Source: an uncultured Alphaproteobacteria bacterium (lineage in GTDB: Bacteria; Pseudomonadota; Alphaproteobacteria; RF32; CAG-239). Taken from it: 64,000 nucleotides of DNA. Shown piece after piece: positions 8,371 to 16,514 of this stretch. The position numbers and the translations under genes are program-made. The stretch is taken from assembly GCA_944391685.1 (NCBI GenBank), contig CALXUM010000011.1, positions 4,919 to 68,918 of the forward strand, in the 5' to 3' direction. A model generated the notes under the pieces. That model had not been told where the DNA came from. It made no database searches and saw only the letters and a program-made list of their open reading frames with translations. The number at the start of each line of letters is the position of its first letter. The stretch's first letter is position 1.

Positions 8371-9777
8371 TTATCTGACGATCATTGATTTTCCTAATCC
8401 AGGGATTCCATCACTGGAAACAAAGCTTGTGCTTATGTCTTCATTAGAAGAGGATTCCGAAGTTTCCTTAGGCAATATAGTGCTTATAGGTTGTTCTAAA
8501 GGGAGAATTCCTCCTGCCGCAAAATAAAGATAATCTTTTAACCCATCTTTTTCTGCCCTGACATATGTAGACGTTATCTCATCAACAATATGTCCGCTTT
8601 GCAATGTCGTTCCTTTTTTTACATAAAAAGGCAATCCTTCTTTATTAATAAGCTTTGCTATTAATTCCCCGCCTTGTCCCCTAATTTCCATAACAGCATA
8701 TAAATCTGCCATTTTTTTATTATCCGTATCAATAATATCTTCACTTTTTACAGATAAAGAGTTTTGGTCTCCTTCTGCAAAAGGATTTTGTTTTGACATC
8801 TCTTGCTCTTGAGCTTCAATCCTAGCTTTTAAAATTGATATTTGTGTTTCCAAATCACTAATTTGTTTTTTATTTGCTTTGTTTATTTCTTTAACAGCAT
8901 CAATAGCTTTTTGAGCCGATACGTTTATATTTTCAAATTTTTTCTTTGAATCATCATAAATAGCCAGCTTTTCTTCTTTTAGTTGTTCAATTTGCTTATA
9001 CAATTCCCCATTATGAGCAATCCATTTTTGATTTTCAGCCAACATTTGGTTTTTATAAGCATTTAACAGTTTTTCTTGTCTAGCGTTTTCAAATTGAATG
9101 TCCAGCTCCCGTAACTTTTGTTGTTCCTGTAAAACCTTTTGTTCTTGTTCTTTTTCCCACTCAATCTTTTCTCTTCTTTGAGCTTCTTTTTTTTCTTGCT
9201 CATCGACAACTGCTTGTTTACGCTGATTCTTTATAGCTTCAATCTCATTGCGTATCTTTTCTCTTCTTAATTCCAAATTAAGCAAAGCTGTTTGTTTTTC
9301 AATATCAGACATTTGAGAAAAAATTTCTTCATCCATCGGAGTTTGTTCATTTGTTCCTAATATTCCAACCCCAGCACCTTTTGTTGAAAACAACTTATCC
9401 GCCATAATAGGCATATCTTCTTCGTTGTTTATGGGTGCCGTTTTATTTTCATAACCCGTCTGTATATCCTTTGATACAACATTATTGCTGTTAACAGCAT
9501 CATCTTCTTTAGCATTATTTGTCTCAGTGTTAACTTCTTTTTTTTGATCTTTGTTAATAAGAGCTTTATCGTCTTTAATCCCGCCAAGCTCATCTACAGT
9601 TTCTACATCATCAGCAAATAAAGAAATTTCATTAGGGATATCCTGGTTTAAATTATCATTTTTTATTGCCTCATCAGATAAAGTCACAATCCCTTGTGCT
9701 TCAACAAACCTAGATTTTGCAATAAAAACCAAAACAACAATAAACAACAATAAAATATTTTTTATTTTACAAAGCAT
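8371..9777 (-). CDS. PilP-like pilus assembly protein with a long coiled-coil insertion
   Basis: ORF 8371..9792. ATG 9777 is preceded by GAGGGGG. It has an N-terminal signal anchor and a Glu/Lys/Gln-rich coiled coil (EQEKKEAQRREKIEWEKEQEQK). The C-terminal beta-domain pattern is typical of PilP/GspC HR domains (YAVMEIRGQGGELIAKLINKEGLPFYVKKGTTLQSGHIVDEITSTYV). Confidence 0.45.
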   Translation of the reverse strand: MLCKIKNILLLFIVVLVFIAKSRFVEAQGIVTLSDEAIKNDNLNQDIPNEISLFADDVETVDELGGIKDDKALINKDQKKEVNTETNNAKEDDAVNSNNVVSKDIQTGYENKTAPINNEEDMPIMADKLFSTKGAGVGILGTNEQTPMDEEIFSQMSDIEKQTALLNLELRREKIRNEIEAIKNQRKQAVVDEQEKKEAQRREKIEWEKEQEQKVLQEQQKLRELDIQFENARQEKLLNAYKNQMLAENQKWIAHNGELYKQIEQLKEEKLAIYDDSKKKFENINVSAQKAIDAVKEINKANKKQISDLETQISILKARIEAQEQEMSKQNPFAEGDQNSLSVKSEDIIDTDNKKMADLYAVMEIRGQGGELIAKLINKEGLPFYVKKGTTLQSGHIVDEITSTYVRAEKDGLKDYLYFAAGGILPLEQPISTILPKETSESSSNEDISTSFVSSDGIPGLGKSMIVR

Positions 9778-11047
9778 AGATAGCCCCCTCATAATGCCAA
9801 ATATTATCTTTTGGAGAATATGTTATAAGTTTAATCTCAAGTCCTGAATATTTTGTTAATATTTCAGTCCATGTTATTGGGTTATAATTAGAATTAATGG
9901 CAAAACGCAACTTTTTATAAATTTTCCCTGTTGATGATGTTACATTATCCATAGATAATGAAATAGGCACACCTATAGACTGAAATTCATCATTAATAGT
10001 GTTTTGAAGATCAATGATATTTTTATTGGGAGGAGATGCTAATTGTTCAATTTTAGGTAAAATTAAAGAAGTAGACATTGTTTTCCCATCAGCAGAAAAG
10101 CCTGTTCCTGAAAGGTTTAAACCCGAATCATCCAAGGCCTGTTTTGCCCAAGATAATCTTCCGACATTTCTTTGCCATGACGTTACAACAGATGTAGGAG
10201 AGCATGTTATGTTTCCAATATCCCATCCCGGAGGCAATATTCTTGCCAAAGATACAATTCCGTCATTACATGCCTTCATCATTGCTTTGGGGTCATAAAC
10301 ATTTTCCCAAGGCTTTATTTCCGGAACAGGTTGTGCCGTTTGAACAATGGCTTTAGGTTTAACAGGGACAATAACGGGTCGAACCGTTGGCGTAAAGAAA
10401 AGCTTATCAACTAAACTAGATAATAACCATAATCCAACAATTGCCGAAATTGCAATCACTAAAAACAACTTCGTGCCACGTAAGGCCTTGATCTTTTGAA
10501 GCTTTGATCTTGCTCCTCTGGATAATACTTCTTCAAGATCCAAATCTTCCGTTTCTTCTATTCCCCATTCTTTGGGAGCAATCTTTTTACCCCAATCTGG
10601 AACAGCTAACATAGACATAAACTGATTTTTAGCTTCTTCTTCGCTTAAGAACAGCATATCTCCGTCAGAAAGAATAATATCATTACGGATACAAGTATAC
10701 CACCATCCTTTATCAGTTTTAAAAACTGCCACATATGATGATATACTAGCCATTGCCGTTGCTAAAGCAACCGCTGCCACTAATTCACCGCTTTTATACC
10801 CTTCATGAGAAACACAAATTCCAAATTGAGGAGCTTTACCTCCTTTAATGCAGAATAAATCTGCCCCTTCCAAAACTCCGGCAGATGCATTTTCAACCTC
10901 CTGAAAAGGATCACTGGCATTTTGTAGCGGTTGCCAAAACAAACTAGTAGCATAATTTACTCCTCCAACCGTAATTGAGGTTCCCCACGAGCGTTTTGAA
11001 CCGCCGCCATCATAGTCTTCTTCTACTAATTTTGCTTCTTCAAGCAC
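9767..11047 (-). CDS. bitopic pilus assembly protein (IncI1 PilO / BfpC / GspL-like by position and topology)
   Basis: A GTG start is preceded by AGGAG. The protein is 426 aa with one central transmembrane (TM) segment (LFLVIAISAIVGLWLLSSLV) between a cytoplasmic and a periplasmic half. The call rests mainly on its position between the secretin and the PilP-like gene. Confidence 0.4.
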   Translation of the reverse strand: MLEEAKLVEEDYDGGGSKRSWGTSITVGGVNYATSLFWQPLQNASDPFQEVENASAGVLEGADLFCIKGGKAPQFGICVSHEGYKSGELVAAVALATAMASISSYVAVFKTDKGWWYTCIRNDIILSDGDMLFLSEEEAKNQFMSMLAVPDWGKKIAPKEWGIEETEDLDLEEVLSRGARSKLQKIKALRGTKLFLVIAISAIVGLWLLSSLVDKLFFTPTVRPVIVPVKPKAIVQTAQPVPEIKPWENVYDPKAMMKACNDGIVSLARILPPGWDIGNITCSPTSVVTSWQRNVGRLSWAKQALDDSGLNLSGTGFSADGKTMSTSLILPKIEQLASPPNKNIIDLQNTINDEFQSIGVPISLSMDNVTSSTGKIYKKLRFAINSNYNPITWTEILTKYSGLEIKLITYSPKDNIWHYEGAIYAL

Positions 11048-11068
11048 CTGATTTCTCCTGAAAATACC

Positions 11069-12679
11069 CTAGTTCATAGACATTCTGGATTCCGGAACTA
11101 GAGGAGATTCTAAAATTATTGGAGTTAGAATTATTACCAATATACTGCGTTCTTTTGTAGCATTAGCAAAACCTCCCAGCAAAGAATTATCAGCAGAACC
11201 GGTTCCTTCTTTTTCTGTAGAATTGCTGACTTTTTCATATCCTGTCAGAACCAAAGATTCTCCAGATGTCATAGCTACTTCTTGCGTAAATGCTCTGGAT
11301 TCTATCTTCGGGTTTTGGATATATTGATTCTCATCTGCTTCACCAAATGAAACTTTTTCCAAATCAGTTAAGTCAGATAATGTCATGTTAAACATTAACA
11401 ACATTCTTCCATGTTCTAATATCCTGGGCAAAACATCAAGAGTAAAACCTGTTTCAACTTCTTCTGTCGTAACCGATATATCATAGTTTGTTCCGTCTGT
11501 ACCACTATTTGTTTTCGTCATTTCTGCAATATAATTCTGTTTTTGGGTAACTTGAATTGGAGCAGGTTTGTTATTTAAAGTTGTAACGGTTCCACTTGTA
11601 ACCAGACTGGTGTTATTCCTTTGCGATAAGGCTTTTACAGCCGCATCAGCTGTCCAATTTTTGTTAAGTAAACCCCATGAAAAACCATTAGTTAAGCCAT
11701 TTTCTGAAGTCAAAACACTTGTTGATCCGGTGGCTCCAAAAGAAGTAACTCCGTCATCAAAAGTAGCCTTCAAATCTAATCCGTAATTATCCGTATCGTT
11801 TATATTAACCTGCAAAACTTTCACGCTAATAGCTACTTGTCTTGATAAACGAGTGTTTTGTTCGTTAATATATTTTGCAACTTTTTTTATGTCATTTGGT
11901 GTGGCGGTTAAAGTTATTGTGCCATCAGAAGGAGACATTGTGAGCTTAGCTCCGTCACTTATCATCGAAGTTATACTTTTTTCAAAATTGCCCCAAAGCT
12001 CAATTTCTGCAGCACTTGACAATGATACTGACGAGCTTCCTCCTCTGTTTGACTGGCTTCCGCCTACATTAACCGACAAATTAGGCTTTGTTGGTAAACT
12101 GTAAACTACAAAAGTCCTAGTTATGAATTTGTAAAAATGAATCTCTTTGTTTTCATATTTCCACCAAATTCCAAAACGAGAAGAAATTTCATCTAAAAGT
12201 CCGCTTAAAGGCCCCTGATAAGACACCAACATTTTATCCGGCTCGGCCCAATCAGCATTAATTCCTGTGGCCGAAGGTTTGTTTGCGGCTCCTTTGGCTT
12301 TTACATCTGCTTCCAATTGTGGTGCATAACGAACTCCTAAAGATGTGGTTTTGTTAATCATATCTCCAATCTCAAAAAGAGTAATCGGACGATTACTGAC
12401 TAAAGTAATTCCGTCTTTTCCTTCCAAATAAGAAGGTAAGGGCTCTCCATCATATTCAATTTCACTTGTGTCTCCAAGCCAAATTTCATCCTTAACCTTG
12501 ATCAAGTCCTCGTTCGCAACTTTTGCAGGAACTTTTGCTGTTTCCTTTAATTTGGTCGCGGCTTCGACTTCTCGGTCTATAGTTGCATCCATGCTTGTTG
12601 AAATAGAACATGAAACGGCAAAGCCTAATATAAAAATTCCTAAACCTATTTTTTTCAAATTAGTCATATGCATTTTCAT
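11069..12679 (-). CDS. pilN: lipoprotein secretin of the type IVb pilus (PilN/BfpB/TcpC class)
   Basis: The lipobox is GFAVSC after MKMHMTNLKKIGLGIFIL. Secretin-type motifs are present (ISVKVLQVNINDTDNYGLDL, NNKPAPIQVTQ, C-terminal ERSILVIILTPIIL). The start is ambiguous among Met codons at 12667-12697. Confidence 0.75.
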   Translation of the reverse strand: MKMHMTNLKKIGLGIFILGFAVSCSISTSMDATIDREVEAATKLKETAKVPAKVANEDLIKVKDEIWLGDTSEIEYDGEPLPSYLEGKDGITLVSNRPITLFEIGDMINKTTSLGVRYAPQLEADVKAKGAANKPSATGINADWAEPDKMLVSYQGPLSGLLDEISSRFGIWWKYENKEIHFYKFITRTFVVYSLPTKPNLSVNVGGSQSNRGGSSSVSLSSAAEIELWGNFEKSITSMISDGAKLTMSPSDGTITLTATPNDIKKVAKYINEQNTRLSRQVAISVKVLQVNINDTDNYGLDLKATFDDGVTSFGATGSTSVLTSENGLTNGFSWGLLNKNWTADAAVKALSQRNNTSLVTSGTVTTLNNKPAPIQVTQKQNYIAEMTKTNSGTDGTNYDISVTTEEVETGFTLDVLPRILEHGRMLLMFNMTLSDLTDLEKVSFGEADENQYIQNPKIESRAFTQEVAMTSGESLVLTGYEKVSNSTEKEGTGSADNSLLGGFANATKERSILVIILTPIILESPLVPESRMSMN

Positions 12680-13370
12680 CCTCCATGGTCTCAACAACTA
12701 AGACTCTGTTTCCTTTATAAAATGTTGCAATCGGAGCAGGTCTGGCTCTGGCAAATGTCCTGATAAGAGCCGAGCTTACATCTGCAAAACGTCCTCTAAA
12801 CATGGCTCCGGCAGCTAATGTATAATTACGATTTGTATTCCAAATCAACCTCCACCCCGAACGCTCGCTCCACTCCGTTAACAAACCTTTAAGAGTTGCT
12901 CCTTCTTCAGCTAACCAATCCTCAACCGGATCTTCTCCCGCCAATTGATTGTCAGAAACATCATCGTCAGAATTTGTTGCTGCGTTTATCTCTTCTTCAT
13001 AATCAATAACCTCTTCCTCTATTGTCGGAGGAATTGCGGCAGACATATTGCTTCCTGCTCCGGCAGTAACAATATTTTGATCGCGGGGAGTTCTTTCTCC
13101 AAATTCACGATAATTAGCACTTGTTTCACGATAATTTACAAAATCCTCTTCCAAAGTTTCTGCTGGAGGAACAATAACAGGTGTTACCGGTGCAGATTCG
13201 ACACAAGGCATGGCATCCGTTTGCACAACAACGGTTTCTTCCTCATATGCAGTATCAGAACTCCAAAAATCCAAACAAGAACATCCTGCTGTCAAAAATA
13301 ATGATAACAGTGATGCTCGACACAACGCTCTTAAGTCCATTTTTGCAATCCTTTGGTTAGATTTTGTCAT
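12660..13370 (-). CDS. pilL: PilL-like lipoprotein with a C-terminal TcpQ domain
   Basis: The lipobox is LFLTAGC. The C-terminus (ATLKGLLTEWSERSGWRLIWNTNRNYTLAAGAMFRGRFADVSSALIRTFARARPAPIATFYKGNRVLVV) matches the TcpQ/PilL pattern as I recall it. The start was chosen at an internal Met (13370). Confidence 0.6.
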   Translation of the reverse strand: MTKSNQRIAKMDLRALCRASLLSLFLTAGCSCLDFWSSDTAYEEETVVVQTDAMPCVESAPVTPVIVPPAETLEEDFVNYRETSANYREFGERTPRDQNIVTAGAGSNMSAAIPPTIEEEVIDYEEEINAATNSDDDVSDNQLAGEDPVEDWLAEEGATLKGLLTEWSERSGWRLIWNTNRNYTLAAGAMFRGRFADVSSALIRTFARARPAPIATFYKGNRVLVVETMEDENAYD

Positions 13371-13426
13371 ATTTTTTCCTATCATACATACTGAAAAATA
13401 AATAATCAAGCGTGACGGTTCACTTA

Positions 13427-14980
13427 TTACCATTGCAAGTAATAACTTTGGTTAAGGTTATTCGTTTTTACAGTATTTCCTTGGTTAAAACTACTTAAAG
13501 TTATTGTTCTAATAATAAACGAGTTTGGTTCTCTGTTTGTAAATACAGTATTGATTTTGCTGTATTCTACACCTTTATTTGTTAAAATATTATGTAACAA
13601 ATTTAATCTTTTTTGCTGTAACTTCATAGAACTTGTTCCGTCAATTCTTATTTCAATGGCTGTATTTTGATCATTTGCAGCCTTGGTGGCAAAAGCTTGA
13701 ATCCAGCGAAGAGTTTGTCCTGATATTTCTGCCCGATTAGGCTGAAAAGACAATCTCATCTCAGTAGGCATGATCTTTCCAATCCTTTTGTTTAAATTTT
13801 TTTTCGGTTGCTTGTCGGAAATTTCTTTAGTTTTTTTTGTTTGCCGCTCGGTTTGAGGCAGCTTTGTCGAAAATATATTATTTAAGGAGGATAAAATATT
13901 GTTTTTATCTTTGCTTTCTTCTTTAACGCTTGCTTGTACAGAAGAGATATCTTTTTTGGTCTCTTCTTTAGGAGAATAGCTTAATTGAGGAGTTAGGTCA
14001 TCTTCGTTTAATATTTCTTCAGGAATTGGAATTAAAAGATTCTTAACTGTCCCTGCCGCAAATTTAACCTCTCCATTCCTTTTTTTTTCGGGGTTTAGAG
14101 CTTTGTTTATTTCTTGCTCTTCTTTTTTATAATATTCTTGCATCATAACCATTTCATTTTTGGGCTTTGCAGCTCCTTTTGCTACAACCCATGGATTTTC
14201 AGCGTCAGGTTGTTTATCTTTCATGTTTTCCCAAGATGTTTTAGAATTTTTATTGTCGTTTATTCTTGTTTTTGAAAAGGGTTGTTCCATACTTATAATC
14301 GGTATGTTCTTATCAGCTAAAGCTACCTTATTTGAATCTTTTGATGTCTCTGTGCGAATTTCATTCTTTTTGTTAAAAGAAACATCTCCTTTTTCAAGAG
14401 GAAAAAGATGTTGAGGTTCATGTTTGGCTGTTTTTAATGTCTTAGTAATTTCTTCTGAAACGTTTGCACTGCCTTTTTCAATTGGAATGGCAGCAAGCCT
14501 AATGCCTTGCGACTTCGGATTGTCTTCAGATTGTTCGCTTTTGTTTTTCAAATGCTCAAAATCTAAAACTTCTTTTAGCAGCTCTGTTTTGCCGGTCTCA
14601 GTTAAATCAATTTTAGCAGGAAATTTTTCATCTGCGTTCTCTGCGCGATTGTCGAGATCAAATTCAAAAACAAAATTGTCGTTAGTATCTGTATTATCGG
14701 CCAAAATAATCTCTTCTTTAGGCTCATAAACAACCTTTTGAACGACATCTTCTTTTTTAATTTCAGGCAAAAGATTCAAGGTAATCTTTTTCACCGGAGC
14801 AGAACTTTTTGAGGGGTTAAATTTTTCTCCGCGAAGGAAAAGAGTAATGTTTTTTGATGGTATTTTAAGGGGTTCTTTGTTTGAAGAGTAAACATGCCAA
14901 TAAGCTCTGTTTGCCGTAAAAATAACAAGCAGAGATATGCAAAAACTATAAACAAAAGTTCTAAAGCCTGTTGTTTGCAT
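13427..14980 (-). CDS. membrane-anchored protein with a degenerate OmpA/MotB-like C-terminal domain
   Basis: ORF 13427..15049 begins with TTG. ATG 14980 (MQTTGFRTFVYSFCISLLVIF) gives an N-terminal TM segment. A long Lys/Glu-rich linker follows. The C-terminus (LSFQPNRAEISGQTLRWIQAFATKAANDQNTAIEIRIDGTSS..QQKRLNLLHNILTNKGVEYSKI) follows the OmpA_C layout. Confidence 0.35.
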   Translation of the reverse strand: MQTTGFRTFVYSFCISLLVIFTANRAYWHVYSSNKEPLKIPSKNITLFLRGEKFNPSKSSAPVKKITLNLLPEIKKEDVVQKVVYEPKEEIILADNTDTNDNFVFEFDLDNRAENADEKFPAKIDLTETGKTELLKEVLDFEHLKNKSEQSEDNPKSQGIRLAAIPIEKGSANVSEEITKTLKTAKHEPQHLFPLEKGDVSFNKKNEIRTETSKDSNKVALADKNIPIISMEQPFSKTRINDNKNSKTSWENMKDKQPDAENPWVVAKGAAKPKNEMVMMQEYYKKEEQEINKALNPEKKRNGEVKFAAGTVKNLLIPIPEEILNEDDLTPQLSYSPKEETKKDISSVQASVKEESKDKNNILSSLNNIFSTKLPQTERQTKKTKEISDKQPKKNLNKRIGKIMPTEMRLSFQPNRAEISGQTLRWIQAFATKAANDQNTAIEIRIDGTSSMKLQQKRLNLLHNILTNKGVEYSKINTVFTNREPNSFIIRTITLSSFNQGNTVKTNNLNQSYYLQW

Positions 14981-15049
14981 AATAAACCCCTCTAAACCTT
15001 GATAAATCAAAATGCGACTCTTGGCAAGAGTCCATAAAAATATACACAA

Positions 15050-15318
15050 AACCTGTGGATTCTTTTTGTTAAAAGATTACAAAATGAGTCTTTCCAACGA
15101 TTCTTAAAATTTTTAATAGATGTCGATTCTGTTGCCAAAACAGTCATTTACCCTTCTTTAAAGACTGTGAATTTTTTGTTACAGCAAAAATTTTCAAGTG
15201 TAAACAGTATGTTAACCATTTTTTGTTATAAGCGATTTTGCTGGTAATCATGCAAAAAATTATGTATTCTATAAGAGTATAGAGAGTTTTTTGCAAAATA
15301 TTTTTAAGGAGAACGATT
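15050..15318. promoter_or_regulatory. divergent control region between the type IVb pilus operon and the T4SS virB2 operon
   Basis: A 269-bp non-coding gap separates two long operons that leave it in opposite directions. A strong SD (TAAGGAG) precedes virB2. I could not pick out a unique -35/-10 pair. Confidence 0.3.
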
Positions 15319-15669
15319 ATGCGATTTATTAAAAACAATATTTGGACGTTTTGCTTGGTAGCTGTTTTTACCTTGCTCAGCTTTAGCGGCGATGCTTTGG
15401 CACAAAGCAGCGTTATGAGCTTAGCTCAAACCAAAGCTAAAAATGTTTTTAGCTCAGTAAAAACAATTATCTTTATTGTTGGCGGTTTTGGTTTGGTAGG
15501 TATTGCTTTTGCAGCCATCTTTGGTAAAATTAACTGGAAATGGTTTGCTTCTTTAGCCGTCGGTTTGGCAATTGTAGCTGCTGCGGCTTCCATAATTAAT
15601 TATGCAACAGGTGATGATAGTGGTCTAAGCATGAGTGAAGATACCTTTAGCTCTTCCGCAGTAAATTAA
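15319..15669 (+). CDS. virB2: VirB2/TrbC-family T4SS pilin
   Basis: The protein is 116 aa with a long signal peptide ending ALAQ. Two hydrophobic helices are joined by a short basic loop (GGFGLVGIAFAAIFGKINWKWFASLAVGLAIVAAAASIINY). It is the first gene of the T4SS cluster and is followed by a terminator. Confidence 0.7.
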   Translation: MRFIKNNIWTFCLVAVFTLLSFSGDALAQSSVMSLAQTKAKNVFSSVKTIIFIVGGFGLVGIAFAAIFGKINWKWFASLAVGLAIVAAAASIINYATGDDSGLSMSEDTFSSSAVN

Positions 15670-15762
15670 AATTGCCGGTAAGCTGCTTTAATTTAAATAT
15701 CCTTGCCTAATCAAGTTTCTTAATCAATAAAGAAAAAATTTATCAAGGATTATGATAACATG

Positions 15763-15797
15763 AGAGGGCCACGATAAAAATACCGCGGCCCTCTTTT
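15763..15797 (+). terminator. rho-independent terminator or attenuator after virB2
   Basis: The stem pairs agagggcc (15763-15770) with ggccctct (15787-15794) and is followed by a T run. Confidence 0.55.
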
Positions 15798-15880
15798 ACC
15801 AAAATAAGTTTTGATATTTGAGTAAAGTTAGATCGTATATCAATATAAATCAAAGAAAATGTGCATATATGGAGGATGCA

Positions 15881-16480
15881 ATGATTATAATCAAAAAAAT
15901 ATGCCAATTAATAATGATTGCAGTCTTTATGTATCTCTTTAATATCCATTTTTCTTTAGCGGCATCAACAAACGATACCGAGCAAAAAAATTTCCAAATT
16001 AATGTAACGGAAATTAATACACAGCAAACATCTGTAACCTATGATTCCTCAAATTGTGATAATAAATGTTCTGAAGGATATTATTGTGCCGTCGTGTTTG
16101 GTTCTTTGGGAAAATATACCTGTATCAAAAAACCGGAAACAAATGCTACCGAAGCGGCAAGCGAAGTTACCGCTGGGACCAGTACCGCTCCTTCAGATGC
16201 TGCAATTACCGGTTGTTCCAGCAATTATGGGCTTTTTTCAGGATTGATTGCTACGGGAAGTAAGATTTTTAATGGTCTGAGAGATTTGATATACGTAGTT
16301 GCCGGTTTTGGTATAATAGGTGTTGCAGTTGGAGGCTTCTTTGGTAATTTGAATTGGAAATGGCTTGGGGCTATTATAATTTCATTGGTGGTTATAGCCA
16401 CTACTGGCGAAATCATAAATTTAATTACTGGTTGTGAGGATTTTAGTAATGCCATCATTACTGACACACTAACAAAATAA
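15881..16480 (+). CDS. VirB2-module protein with a Cys-rich N-terminal extension
   Basis: ORF 15818..16480 begins with TTG. ATG 15881 is preceded by GGAGGA. It has a signal peptide and a Cys-rich segment (CDNKCSEGYYCAVVFGSLGKYTC). The VirB2-like hairpin is VAGFGIIGVAVGGFFGNLNWKWLGAIIISLVVIATTGEIINLI. Confidence 0.55.
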   Translation: MIIIKKICQLIMIAVFMYLFNIHFSLAASTNDTEQKNFQINVTEINTQQTSVTYDSSNCDNKCSEGYYCAVVFGSLGKYTCIKKPETNATEAASEVTAGTSTAPSDAAITGCSSNYGLFSGLIATGSKIFNGLRDLIYVVAGFGIIGVAVGGFFGNLNWKWLGAIIISLVVIATTGEIINLITGCEDFSNAIITDTLTK

Positions 16481-16514
16481 TAACTACAAACGAAGAACTG
16501 TCAAGGAGGGAGTT

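Noticed and set aside
15144-15338. A 64-aa minus-strand ORF in the divergent control region
   Set aside because: It overlaps the virB2 start and SD, has no SD of its own and has no recognisable features. It is more likely promoter DNA.
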